Of a DNA stretch of 64,000 bases, positions 38,997 to 50,384 are shown in pieces; the stretch's first letter is position 1, and the number at the start of each line of letters is the position of its first letter. The notes beneath the pieces are model-generated. The model was not told the DNA's origin. It was given only the letters and a program-made list of their open reading frames with translations, and did no database searches. The position numbers and the translations under genes are program-made. This stretch comes from Blastocatellia bacterium. Its GTDB lineage: Bacteria; Acidobacteriota; Blastocatellia; UBA7656. The stretch lies in assembly GCA_963765495.1 (NCBI GenBank), contig CAVXWP010000009.1, positions 704,001 through 768,000 of the forward strand. Reading direction: 5' to 3'.

Positions 38997-39761
38997 ATGA
39001 TGCTAACTAAACTCGCGCTGACGACAGCAGCATTTTTCGCTGTCGCCCTCATCAATCGCGCTTCTGCTCAGAATTTCAAATCTGAACAGGCGAAACAGGT
39101 TCGCGTGAAAGATGCAATAGCCGAAAAAGAAGCGACGGTAAAGGCGCTGTTCGAAAGTAAGGGATTCGCTTATCCGCCGAAAAATATTTTCATTCGAGTG
39201 TTTAAGCGCGAGCAAGTACTGGAACTCTGGGCGAGTCAAACTCCGAAAGATAAATTTGAATTGGTGAAGGCCTATAAATTCTGCGTGGCCTCAGGCCAGC
39301 TTGGGCCGAAGCGCAGGATGGGAGATGAACAGATCCCCGAGGGCTTCTACTATGTAGATCGCTTCAACCCTGCGAGCCAGTTTTACCTCTCGCTGGGCGT
39401 GGACTACCCCAACGCATCGGATCGAATACTTGGAGAAAAGGGCCGCCTGGGCGGAGACATTTTCATTCATGGCGGCTGTGCCTCAATCGGTTGCGTCCCG
39501 CTCGGTGATGAGAGCATAAAGGAGCTTTACCTTATAGCCGTCGAGGCCAGATCAGCAGGGCAGCAAGCGATACCTGTTCATTTCTTTCCCACCCGTTTTG
39601 ATCAAAACGGGTTGAAGCAACTGGAGAGGCTGGCTCGTAACGACAGTGAGCTTAGAGATTTTTGGGCTAATCTGAAGGAGGGATACGATTTCTTTGAGAA
39701 GCATCGCCGTCTGCCAAAGATAGGAGTTGATCGCAGGGGAAGATATCTGATTGGCGAATAA
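38997..39761 (+). CDS. L,D-transpeptidase family protein (YafK/DpaA-like)
   Basis: GPKRRMGDEQIPEGFY, FNPASQFYLSL..DYPN, IFIHGGCASIGC. Confidence 0.88.
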   Translation: MMLTKLALTTAAFFAVALINRASAQNFKSEQAKQVRVKDAIAEKEATVKALFESKGFAYPPKNIFIRVFKREQVLELWASQTPKDKFELVKAYKFCVASGQLGPKRRMGDEQIPEGFYYVDRFNPASQFYLSLGVDYPNASDRILGEKGRLGGDIFIHGGCASIGCVPLGDESIKELYLIAVEARSAGQQAIPVHFFPTRFDQNGLKQLERLARNDSELRDFWANLKEGYDFFEKHRRLPKIGVDRRGRYLIGE

Positions 39762-39818
39762 TTGGATTGACCGTTTCTGTTTTTAAATCGAATCAGCGAA
39801 CGGGGACAATACCAATAG

Positions 39819-39893
39819 ACCACGGATAACGCGGATGCGACGGATTTACGCGGATATGACCTTAATCCGTGTTGATCCGTCGCATCTGTAGGT
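39819..39893. repeat. inverted nonamer array element (xCGCGGAT / ATCCG)
   Basis: accacggataacgcggatgcgacggatttacgcggat ... atccgtgttgatccgtcgcatctgtaggt, between convergent genes. Confidence 0.75.
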
Positions 39894-39925
39894 TAGCCTG
39901 AAATTATCTGCTCTTTCGCCGATTC

Positions 39926-41254
<1,329 letters not shown>

Positions 41255-41377
41255 TTTAGTTCCTTTCAGAAAATCGCCCGGTCACTGCGCCTCAACTGAC
41301 CTCACTCTATTAAACCAGAACGGCCCGGAACCGTCTTGCGCGATATTGCTCTATATTAGCGGAGAAGTGCCATTCTG

Positions 41378-41506
41378 GAGGGATGAGGGATGAGGGATGA
41401 AGGATGAAAAAGAGCCTGAGAGGAAATTCCGATTAATTGGGTTGACTTATTATCGGAGTCTTACCCGACAGTCCTTTTCATCCCTCATCCCTCATCCCTC
41501 ATCCCT
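41378..41506. repeat. inverted heptamer array element (GAGGGAT)n / (ATCCCTC)n
   Basis: Left arm 41378-41410, right arm 41475-41506; right arm supplies the last codons and stop of the AraC gene. Confidence 0.88.
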
Positions 41507-42375
41507 TCGTTCCTCCCTCTATAGGCTCGTGGGGTGATGCCGGTGGCAGATTTGAATATCTTTGTGAAGTGGCTCTGACTCTGATAGCCGACCATCGCCG
41601 CGATCTCGTTTATTGAATACGCGGTTTCGACTATAAGCTTGCGGGCGCGCTCAAGCCGGATGTTTGCCAGATAGACATGGACCGTGACGCCCGTGATCTG
41701 CTTGAAAAGGCGGGCGAAATGGTACTCGGACAGATAGGCGGCCGAGGCTATTTCTTCAAGCTGTAGCTCGCGCGAAAAGTTGTCGTGCATAAACTCGATG
41801 GCGCGGCGCAGACGGCGATCTACAAGACCGGCGCGTGATAGCTCTACGCGAGTCGATTTGCGAACCGTCAGATGTGATCTCAACAAATGAATCACGATCT
41901 GTCGCGCCAGGGCGTCGAGCATCGCGCCGTGACCGGGGCCAAGGTCGGCCATCTCACGCGCTACCCGGCGCGCAGAATCGGTGATGAACGCGTCGGTTAC
42001 GACGCTTGAGCGAAAGGTGATTTCCGAATGGGTGCGAGTAAGGCCGATCTCCATAACAAGCTCGTTGATTATGACCGGACTGATTTCAATCGAAACGAAT
42101 TCCACGTTGCGCGCCCGGCCCGAGTGAAATTGACCCGTGTTTGTGAGCGCAGTCTGGCCCGGCGAGATGTCAAAGTTACCCGCGCCTATCGTTGCCTGCA
42201 ATTGCCCCGACAAAACGGCGGTCACGGTAAAGGAGGAATGTGAATGATCCAGAAACTCGCAGTCTGCCGATAAGGTGTGCCGCATTGTAAAGTGCGGGCG
42301 CGTGATGATTCTTTGGACCCCCGTTTCAGGGGATTGCCCGGGGGCGTTGTCGCCTGTCGTTGCCTGCTTCATCAA
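41485..42375 (-). CDS. AraC family transcriptional regulator
   Basis: N-terminal cupin-like HSH; LSEYHFARLFK, IAAMVGYQSQSHFTKIFK..TG.TP. Confidence 0.9.
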   Translation of the reverse strand: MMKQATTGDNAPGQSPETGVQRIITRPHFTMRHTLSADCEFLDHSHSSFTVTAVLSGQLQATIGAGNFDISPGQTALTNTGQFHSGRARNVEFVSIEISPVIINELVMEIGLTRTHSEITFRSSVVTDAFITDSARRVAREMADLGPGHGAMLDALARQIVIHLLRSHLTVRKSTRVELSRAGLVDRRLRRAIEFMHDNFSRELQLEEIASAAYLSEYHFARLFKQITGVTVHVYLANIRLERARKLIVETAYSINEIAAMVGYQSQSHFTKIFKSATGITPRAYRGRNEGMRDEG

Positions 42376-42378
42376 AAA

Positions 42379-43323
42379 TCACCTGCGACGGCGCAGTTTG
42401 CGCCCCTTTGAATCGCGCGTCCTCGGGGTTTCAAGAACGGTAAACAACCTGTTTGGAAAGTTAGTTATTATCGAATTCACGCCTACTGAGATGAGCCGAC
42501 GCATCAATATCTTACTGTTGGCGGTCCAGACCGAGACCGCAAGCCCGCTCTCCTGAAGGCTCGCGACCGTGCGGCGCGTGGCGAGACCAAAATGCAGGGC
42601 CGTTTCATCTGCGCCTATTCGTTCAGCCGAGCGGATGATTGATCGCGCCGTCACAAGCGTCTTTCCGGCTGTCGGAAATGTAGCCGCCGCGCGAATATCG
42701 GAAGCAACCGTTTTGGCAAGCCGCACTATTTCGTGATCGAAAGAAAGCAGTGTGACCTCTCGTTCCAGATGAGAGGCGCGCACAAGCGAGACCACAGCCC
42801 GAAGCAGCGTTTCTCTGTTTGTGGGATCGCTTTTCAATTCTATGTAAATCCGAGAAAGCGAAGTCCGGGCAAGCAGCGCGAGTACTCGCTCGAGCGTAGG
42901 GACTGCCTCGCTCGAGAAATCCATTTTGCCGCCTGCAATCGCGGCAGCGCGTTCGGCCATAGCCCGCACTCGGGGTCTGACCGCAAGCCTCTGCTCGAAC
43001 CACGTCCCCGCATCGAGTGAGCCGAGTTGCTCCGCGGTGAGGCGCGATACAGGTCCGGCTCCGTTCGTAGTGCGGTCTATGCGGATGTCGTGGATGACGA
43101 CCGGCTGCCCGTCTGCGGAAAGCTGCACATCCATCTCAACGCCGTCTGCGCCCAGATGGGTTGCAAGACTGAAGGCCGCGAGCGTGTTTTCCGGCGCAAG
43201 CCCAGATGCGCCTCGATGCGCGATGACGAGCGGCGTTTGTCCGCCTGTTTTTACCTGTCTCTGATTTTCGGGCGATGGTATCACTACCGGAAAATAATAA
43301 GGCCCCGTAAAGGCGGAGGGCAA
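42379..43323 (-). CDS. glycerophosphodiester phosphodiesterase
   Basis: IAHRGAS..APENTLAAF, EMDV, VVIHD, IELK, SFD, WTAN; start uncertain. Confidence 0.88.
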   Translation of the reverse strand: MPSAFTGPYYFPVVIPSPENQRQVKTGGQTPLVIAHRGASGLAPENTLAAFSLATHLGADGVEMDVQLSADGQPVVIHDIRIDRTTNGAGPVSRLTAEQLGSLDAGTWFEQRLAVRPRVRAMAERAAAIAGGKMDFSSEAVPTLERVLALLARTSLSRIYIELKSDPTNRETLLRAVVSLVRASHLEREVTLLSFDHEIVRLAKTVASDIRAAATFPTAGKTLVTARSIIRSAERIGADETALHFGLATRRTVASLQESGLAVSVWTANSKILMRRLISVGVNSIITNFPNRLFTVLETPRTRDSKGRKLRRRR

Positions 43324-43349
43324 CTGATGTGTGGCGGGTGAAAGAGTTC

Positions 43350-43385
43350 TGGACAGGATTAACAGGATTAACAGGGCTAAAATCA
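43350..43385. repeat. single-arm nonamer array (ACAGGATTA)
   Basis: ggacaggattaacaggattaacagggctaaaatc next to the Fur stop. Confidence 0.7.
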
Positions 43386-43841
43386 GCCCGCTTTTTTAGC
43401 CGCTTTTTCGACCTTCTGACAACTGTCGCATATGCCGAATATGCGATGGCTGTGGTGGAGCGGCTTGAACCGATAGCGGCGCGTGATCTCGTCTTGCAAC
43501 CTCTCTATGTCTTCGTTGTAAAACTCGATCAGCGCCCCACACTGCGTGCAGATAAGATGATCGTGATGCATATGGTTGTAATCGTTTTCGTAGAGCATGC
43601 GACCGTCGTGAAACTCCAGTTCGCGCGCCAGCCCGCTCTCTTTCAGCAGCTTCAGCGTGCGATAGACGGTCGTAAAACCTACGGACGGATCTTTGGCCTT
43701 TACAAGCACATAAAGTTCTTCGCTCGAAACATGCCCCGATGTATTGAGAAAAACATCAAGGATCAAATCTCGTTGCGCGGTTCGTTTTAGCCGCTCGCGC
43801 TTTAGGTGTTCGTGGAATACCTGTTTCTCTTCACGTTCCAT
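43383..43841 (-). CDS. Fur family transcriptional repressor
   Basis: [30 protein letters not shown]. Confidence 0.9.
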   Translation of the reverse strand: MEREEKQVFHEHLKRERLKRTAQRDLILDVFLNTSGHVSSEELYVLVKAKDPSVGFTTVYRTLKLLKESGLARELEFHDGRMLYENDYNHMHHDHLICTQCGALIEFYNEDIERLQDEITRRYRFKPLHHSHRIFGICDSCQKVEKAAKKAG

Positions 43842-43979
43842 AAGTGTCCGGGATTTACTAAAACGATTATACACTACTGGTCCGGCAGTGCAAACTTTGG
43901 GCAACCGCCCGTTTTGACAAGGGTGTAAACCGGATTGAGCGCATTCAATCGGAGCAGGTATAATGCCAGGCGGTTTAAT

Positions 43980-46900
43980 TCAATCTGCGACCTGTCGGAC
44001 CCCATCATTTTGCAATACTTCCTGAAGCGTGACCCGCACGCGCTTGTATTCGACTTCCAACTCGTTGACCATCGTAGCCGCCTCATCAAATTTGCCTTCG
44101 TTTGCGGCCTCTTCCAATCGGGCACATTGCGCGGCCAGACGTGTCGCGCCAAGATAGCTGCTGCTGCCTCTGAGAGTATGCGACATCCGTTTGATCTCTT
44201 CCGCGCTTTGCGACGAGATGGATTCCTTGAGCGCTTTCATCTGCGCAAGCGAGTCCTCAAGGTAAAGACTTATCAACTCTCCGGTCAGACTGCCTCCGTC
44301 CTCATCATCCATGCGCCTGATGTCATCCAACACAGTGAAATCTATTGAAGAATCTTCATCACCTGCCGTACTCGCTGTAGGCTCTGTTTGTACGCTCAGT
44401 TTCGATCCCCACTTCTCAAGGGCGGTCTTCAGTATCGCTATCCTTACGGGCTTGCTGATGTAATCATCCATGCCCGCGGCCATACACTGCTCGTTGTGTT
44501 CCGACATCGCGTTTGCCGTCATAGCGATCACTCGCGGGCGGTTTGGCTCGGGCCAGCGCCGACATATATGGCGAGTGGCTTCAAGCCCGTCCATCTCCGG
44601 CATCTGCATATCCATCAGAATTATGTCGTAAGGCTGTCGCTCAAGAGCCTCCAGAACTTCCAGTCCATTGCCCGCGATGTCGGCCCGATAGCCGAGCGAT
44701 TCTAGTATTTTCAAAGCGACCTTCTGATTGACGGCGTTGTCTTCGGCCACAAGTATCCTGAGCGGCAATCTTTCGGCCATACTCTTCGTGTCTTCGGTTG
44801 CGTCGTTCTTCTCCTCGTGCGGGGTGACTCTTATGCGTCCCGGGTGCTGCCTGTCGAATACCTCCATCAGCGCATCGAAGAGTTGAGATGGTTTGATAGG
44901 CTTGGTCAGATAGACCGAAAAGAGCGAATCAACCGTCTTGTTATCTTCCGCCCTGCGACCGAGTGAGGAGAGCATCACGAGCGGGAGCGTCTGGCCGCCT
45001 TCCTGCTTGAGGATCTCTTTTGCGAGCATCACGCCGTCCATCTCAGGCATCTGCATGTCGAGTATGCCCACGTCGAACCTCTCTCCGCTTTTAAGTATTT
45101 CCAGGGCTTCGGCCCCCGAAGCAATCGCCTGCGTAGCCATTCCCCATAATCGAGCCTGCTGAGTGAGAATAAGGCGATTGGTTTCGTTGTCGTCTACGAT
45201 CAAAGCCTTCTTCCCTTCCAGTTGCGGCTGCGCCCCTCGCAGGTAGATGCGCATCCTGCCGCTTGAGGGCTGCGTTGTAATTGTGAAATAAAATGTCGAC
45301 CCGATACCGACATCGCTTTCCACCCACATCCTGCCGCCCATCAATCCCGCGAGCCGCTTGCTGATTGCCAGGCCAAGCCCCGTTCCTCCATATTGCCGGG
45401 TCGTCGAAGCATCAACCTGGCTGAACGATCTGAAGAGCCGGTTGAGCCTGTCGTCGGGTATACCTATCCCCGTGTCTCTGACCGCGAAACTCAATTCGTA
45501 TGTCTGCTGGGATGCCTGATCGAGCAGGCGGCTGCTTACCGAGACGACGACCTCGCCCTGGTGAGTGAACTTCACGGCATTGCTCAATAAATTGACCAGT
45601 ACCTGCCGCAACCGCGTTACGTCGCCGCAAATCATGCCGGGTACGTCGCTGCTTATCAGGTAGGCCATCTCCAGCCCCTTCTCCGCCGCCTTCGCCGCAA
45701 CCAGATCGAGCGATTCTTCTATGCAATCACGCAGATCAAAGGGCTGTACTTCCATCTCAAGCTGGCCGGATTCTATCTTCGAGAAATCGAGTATGTCGTT
45801 GATAATTGTAAGCAGTCCATCGCTGCTGCTGCGTATAGTCTCAACGAAATCGCGCTGCTCGCCGCTCAATTTTGTATCGAGCAATAATCCCGTCATGCCT
45901 ATGACGGCATTCATCGGCGTGCGAATCTCGTGGCTCATATTGGCCAGAAACTCCGACTTCGCCCGCGTAGCGGCCTCGGCTGCTTCTTTGGCCTTTCGCA
46001 GTTCGGCGGCGGCCATCTTGCGGCTTGTAATGTCGCGGATTATCCCTGTGATAGTCGGCGAACCGTCGATTTCCTGCTCTGCGAAAGACATTTCAAGGTG
46101 AATCTTTTTACCGCTCTTGTGAAGCCCCGGGATTTCCATCGAAGATCGCTGTAGCTGCTTCTCTCCGGCCTCGGCTTGATCTCTGGATGCGGCTTCCTGA
46201 ATTTGATTCATGAATTCGGGCATCAAAAGCGTTATGGATTGACCGATCATGTCCGTGGTCGGATGGCCGAATATCTTTTCGGCCGCCGGGTTGATAAAAG
46301 TTATCCGGCCCTTGCTGTCTATAGTCACGATGGCATCGGTTGCGGTCTCTGCCAGCGCGCGATAACGCTGCTCGCTCTCCTGCAAGGCCGCCTCCGTCCG
46401 TTTCAAGGCCGTGATGTCAACGGCGTGACCCAGCACATAGGCGGGCCTGCCTGGCTCTTCGTGCCGCGAATTGCGGAACATCCAGACTCGTTTCTCGCCC
46501 TCTTTTGTCAGGAGCGTCATCAATCCCGATGATGTCTTTTCTTCCCGGATGAGCGCAAGATAGCCTTCAAAATAAGCCCCCTTTGATCGCGGGATCAACT
46601 CTTTCAAACTCTTGCCGACCAATTCAGACGCCTCGTATCCGAGAGCCGACGCAGCGGCCGTGTTGACCGATAAGAGGATTCCATCCAGGTCGTGCGTGCA
46701 TATCATCCCCTGGCTGTTTTCTACGAGATCGCGGTAACGCCGTTCGCTCAGACGAATGATCTGCTCCGCCCGTTTGCGCGCAACGAACTGACCGATCTCA
46801 GAACTCAGGCGTTTCATCACGTCGGCGAGGGTCTCATCCCCGCTTCGTTTCTCGCGAGAGAAGAAATGAATAAGGCCGATGACCTTGCTGCCCAGGGTGA

Positions 46901-48422
46901 GGGGGAATCCTGCGCCGCCATGAATGCCGTTCATTTCCGCGACCCTGGATCGAATAAACCTCGACTCCCGCGCAACATCCGAAATCCAGACGGGCTTGCT
47001 CGTTTCCCATACGAGGCCCGACAACCCCTCGCCCTGCTTGATTGATATCTTCCGGCTTACGGTTTCAAACTCTTTCATCTGCATTTCAGGCGCATGCCAG
47101 ATCGCGACCATCTCAAGCGCGGTTTCGTCGTTGTTGGCAATCCAGATGTCGGCGGCATCCCAGCCCAGTCTCTCGCAGATCGTTTGAAGCATGTTCGGAG
47201 CCACCCCGGTGAGCGATTCGGCCTGAGCCAGCAACCGGCTCACCTCGTGCTCGATTACCAGCCTCTTTTCGGTCAGCTTGCGGTCGGTTATGTCTTCGGA
47301 CGTTCCTACGTGGCCCAGCAACTGACCGTCCTCATAAACCAGAGCCCTGGTGCGACTCGATACCCATCGAGTCTCTCCCCGCCTTTGCATCCTGAACTCC
47401 AGGGCAGACTCACCATCCTGGGGCGCAACTTTTGCCCAGTGATCGAGCACGCTCTGCCGGTCTTCGGGATGTAAGGCGCGCACCCATCCATCGCCGAGAC
47501 TCTCTTCAAGCGTAAGCCCCGTGATCTCTTGCCATCGCTTGTTTGTGTATATGCATCTGCCGGAGGCGTCGGTCTGGAAAATGCCTATGGGAGATGCGGC
47601 GCTCAGCGAACGGAATCGATCCTCGCTCATCCGAAGCGCCGAAATGTACCTCTCTCTGTCCATCCCGGTCTTGTTTAGCTGTCGTGAAAGCCTTCGCCCG
47701 TAAAAGAGCGCGCACCCGACCAGCCCGACTATGCAAGTGGCTATTAGAAGCTCGCGGGTACGAAGCGAAGCAATATGAGACTCTCTTTCTGTCAGACGTT
47801 CCTGTTGGATGTCGCGCTGGGTCTTTTCAAGTTGTGATAGCAATCGGCTGACCTCGGTGAACCCGCGATTCATGATCACCAATCTCCCCCTGGTGTTCTG
47901 CGCAGAGGCATCCTTAAAGCTGGATAAGGTCAGATTGGCCTCATAAACCGCGCTGTTCATTTTCTGACCGAGCGCATCGAGTTGCCCGAGAAGAAGATCG
48001 CGGTTCGCTGCATCCTGATTGTATTCAACCTCAGAACGGGCTGCGCCCAGTGCTGTATTGAACTCCGAAACCGCATTCGACAACTCCTCCGCTTCCCGGT
48101 CAAAATCGTCCGGCTCGAAGGCTTCAAATGCACGAAACCTCACCCCGGCGGCCAGTTGCCGGAGATTGGCATACTGATTCAGTCGCCTGGTCAATACCTC
48201 ATCAACTTGCGATGAGGCCGAGTAGGTCTTTATTATCTCGTGGCTTTGAAAAAGGCTCAGCAATACGGTTATGACTACGAGAGATGCCAGAAGTGAATAG
48301 ATCGGCATCCATTTCGGTCGCTGCATAGCCGGGGCGGGTCTCGGTTTGTTTAGAGACAAGGGAACTATAGTAATATCGTCCAGGCTGACTTCCTTTTCCT
48401 TGCTTAAGAATTTGAATGGCAT
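43980..48422 (-). CDS. membrane hybrid histidine kinase (sensor-PAS-GAF-PAS-PAS-HisKA-HATPase-REC-REC-Hpt)
   Basis: FLANMSHEIRTPMN, NLLSNAVKFT, DTGIG, GGTGLGL, two DMQMP REC motifs, HTLRGSS Hpt. Confidence 0.92.
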   Translation of the reverse strand: MPFKFLSKEKEVSLDDITIVPLSLNKPRPAPAMQRPKWMPIYSLLASLVVITVLLSLFQSHEIIKTYSASSQVDEVLTRRLNQYANLRQLAAGVRFRAFEAFEPDDFDREAEELSNAVSEFNTALGAARSEVEYNQDAANRDLLLGQLDALGQKMNSAVYEANLTLSSFKDASAQNTRGRLVIMNRGFTEVSRLLSQLEKTQRDIQQERLTERESHIASLRTRELLIATCIVGLVGCALFYGRRLSRQLNKTGMDRERYISALRMSEDRFRSLSAASPIGIFQTDASGRCIYTNKRWQEITGLTLEESLGDGWVRALHPEDRQSVLDHWAKVAPQDGESALEFRMQRRGETRWVSSRTRALVYEDGQLLGHVGTSEDITDRKLTEKRLVIEHEVSRLLAQAESLTGVAPNMLQTICERLGWDAADIWIANNDETALEMVAIWHAPEMQMKEFETVSRKISIKQGEGLSGLVWETSKPVWISDVARESRFIRSRVAEMNGIHGGAGFPLTLGSKVIGLIHFFSREKRSGDETLADVMKRLSSEIGQFVARKRAEQIIRLSERRYRDLVENSQGMICTHDLDGILLSVNTAAASALGYEASELVGKSLKELIPRSKGAYFEGYLALIREEKTSSGLMTLLTKEGEKRVWMFRNSRHEEPGRPAYVLGHAVDITALKRTEAALQESEQRYRALAETATDAIVTIDSKGRITFINPAAEKIFGHPTTDMIGQSITLLMPEFMNQIQEAASRDQAEAGEKQLQRSSMEIPGLHKSGKKIHLEMSFAEQEIDGSPTITGIIRDITSRKMAAAELRKAKEAAEAATRAKSEFLANMSHEIRTPMNAVIGMTGLLLDTKLSGEQRDFVETIRSSSDGLLTIINDILDFSKIESGQLEMEVQPFDLRDCIEESLDLVAAKAAEKGLEMAYLISSDVPGMICGDVTRLRQVLVNLLSNAVKFTHQGEVVVSVSSRLLDQASQQTYELSFAVRDTGIGIPDDRLNRLFRSFSQVDASTTRQYGGTGLGLAISKRLAGLMGGRMWVESDVGIGSTFYFTITTQPSSGRMRIYLRGAQPQLEGKKALIVDDNETNRLILTQQARLWGMATQAIASGAEALEILKSGERFDVGILDMQMPEMDGVMLAKEILKQEGGQTLPLVMLSSLGRRAEDNKTVDSLFSVYLTKPIKPSQLFDALMEVFDRQHPGRIRVTPHEEKNDATEDTKSMAERLPLRILVAEDNAVNQKVALKILESLGYRADIAGNGLEVLEALERQPYDIILMDMQMPEMDGLEATRHICRRWPEPNRPRVIAMTANAMSEHNEQCMAAGMDDYISKPVRIAILKTALEKWGSKLSVQTEPTASTAGDEDSSIDFTVLDDIRRMDDEDGGSLTGELISLYLEDSLAQMKALKESISSQSAEEIKRMSHTLRGSSSYLGATRLAAQCARLEEAANEGKFDEAATMVNELEVEYKRVRVTLQEVLQNDGVRQVAD

Positions 48423-48441
48423 CCGTTTTTAACCTCATGCT

Positions 48442-49377
48442 TTAGTTATCGCAGTGCGAGCAGTCGTGCCTGCCGCAGCGCAGTTCGATCACCGCGATTT
48501 CAGGCGGGCAGAAAAAACGCACCGGCACACACGACGACCCGACACCCGAACTCGTATACCCTTGCACGCGCCTGTATCTCCACGCGCCCTTCGTGTACTT
48601 CCTCGGGCAGTTTGCGTTCACAAGAATTGGCCCTATCCACGGAAGACATATTTGCCCGCCGTGAGTGTGCCCGCATAAGTAAAGGTCTATGTCGCTCGCG
48701 TCGGCCTCTTCCAGCATCTCGGGCGTGTGAACGAGCAACAGCTTGAAGGCATCGCGGGGCACCCGGCTCAGGGCCGCGGGCAGATCGTCACAGCCGTAAT
48801 AGTGAGGATCATCAACCCCGACTACCCAGATGCTCTGCTTGCCTTCGCGCAACTCTACCGCGTCATTGATCAGCATCCTGACACCCATTCGCTCAAGCTC
48901 GAACGCCTCTTCGGCGAAGTCGTGATTTCCGAGAACTCCCAATACGCCGTGCCGCGCCCTTATGCTGCCGGCTATCTTTTCCATGTTGTGATAGACGCCG
49001 TGACACGGCCCGTAAATCTCGAAGCAGTAATCTCCGGTCAACACGCACAGATCGACTTCAATCCCTCTGATTTTGTCGCAGATCGCTTCGGCGAGTCCCG
49101 CAAGCCCGTCGGCGTGCAGATCGGACAGATGCATCAATCGAAATCCGCAGAAATCTTTCGGGAGCGTATCAAAGGTAAATCGTATATCGCGCACCACGGG
49201 GCTGAGCGCGTTTCTCTCGCCTCGCGCAAGCAACCCTGTCGCGCGCAACAATCCGCGTATGATGTAAGGAAGTATCTTGAGATTTTCAAAATGAAACGAG
49301 CCGCGACCCCGCCCGAGCCACGCTTCAAGATGGCCCAGTTCGATGGCCTTTCTTTTGAGTCTCAGGTTTTCCATCAC
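48442..49377 (-). CDS. metallophosphoesterase (YkuE-like)
   Basis: SDLH, TGD, GNHD, GHTHGGQ. Confidence 0.88.
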   Translation of the reverse strand: MMENLRLKRKAIELGHLEAWLGRGRGSFHFENLKILPYIIRGLLRATGLLARGERNALSPVVRDIRFTFDTLPKDFCGFRLMHLSDLHADGLAGLAEAICDKIRGIEVDLCVLTGDYCFEIYGPCHGVYHNMEKIAGSIRARHGVLGVLGNHDFAEEAFELERMGVRMLINDAVELREGKQSIWVVGVDDPHYYGCDDLPAALSRVPRDAFKLLLVHTPEMLEEADASDIDLYLCGHTHGGQICLPWIGPILVNANCPRKYTKGAWRYRRVQGYTSSGVGSSCVPVRFFCPPEIAVIELRCGRHDCSHCDN

Positions 49378-49384
49378 TCCCGCT

Positions 49385-50021
49385 TTATCCTCGGATGTTG
49401 TTCGAATCTCTCGCCTGTAATCGAGAAGGCCGGAAAGTCTCGCCTATGATGCGCGCCAGGTATCCGGCCAGAAGCTTCAGATCGTGCGTGAAGCTTGCCG
49501 TGACGGAGTAGAATGCTTCCGACGAATAAAGCTCGTCTTCCGTAGGGTGCGCGCCGTAATTGATGTAGGCTTCGATAACGATACCGGCTTTCGACTTCAG
49601 ATAGAGCGTTTGCCAGTCGTGAGGCAATGCCTTTATCTCGCGTCGGCTCAAGGGTCGCACGCCGACAAATCGCAATTCGTCCTTCGCCACATTGACAAGC
49701 GCCGGCAGAAAGCCCAGAAAGAATGCCTTAAGCCCGCCCGGCGCGCTTTCATAAGCCGGGCTGAAACTCCACCGCTCATAGGTGCGCCAGAGCGCCGGGT
49801 CTGAATCCGCGGGCAGGGTCACGGCCTCATACTTATGCAACACCGGGCCGCGCTGCTTTAGCTTGAGCCACAAAGCAGTGAGCAGGATCATCGGCCACAA
49901 GAGCGCAAGCAGCAAGAGCGCCGTCAAGCGCGAGAACGCGCCTGAAAAGCTCTTCCATAAGCTCAATGCGATGCGGGATAGATTTGCCCTCCGTATTTGA
50001 TTCTGAAATCAACACGTCCAT
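49385..50021 (-). pseudogene. sugar-transferase-domain protein, apparently truncated by internal deletion/frameshift
   Basis: ATG 50021 frame (MDVLISESNTEG) is out of frame with TM + FLPALVNVAKDELRFVGVRP...SFTHDLKLL C-terminus, which has no ATG/RBS of its own. Confidence 0.55.
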
Positions 50022-50039
50022 AATTTGCTCACTCTTGAA

Positions 50040-50384
50040 TTAATTGTGAAATGCGTTGAGGGCTTCTTCACGCGTATTGAAGATGTCGAATATCCTGTGC
50101 ATGCGTACGAGCTCAAAGAGCGCCCGCACGGGTTTGTTCATCGAACAGAGCTTCAATTCGCCGCCTGCCGCGTTGAGTTGTCGCAAACAGGATAGAATCG
50201 CGCCAAGCCCTGAACTGTCGACGAACTGCAACTGGCTCAGATCAAAGATGAGCTTTAAATTCTTGTCTACATACGGGGTGGCATATCGCTTGAACTCCTT
50301 GACGCTGCCTGCGTCGAGGCTATCGCCCTGCAAAACCAGCACCGTGACATTGCCTACTCTTTCGACGTTCCCTTCCATAATCAT
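50040..50384 (-). CDS. STAS anti-sigma factor antagonist (RsbV/SpoIIAA-like)
   Basis: DLSQLQFVDSSGLG phosphorylation motif. Confidence 0.9.
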   Translation of the reverse strand: MIMEGNVERVGNVTVLVLQGDSLDAGSVKEFKRYATPYVDKNLKLIFDLSQLQFVDSSGLGAILSCLRQLNAAGGELKLCSMNKPVRALFELVRMHRIFDIFNTREEALNAFHN

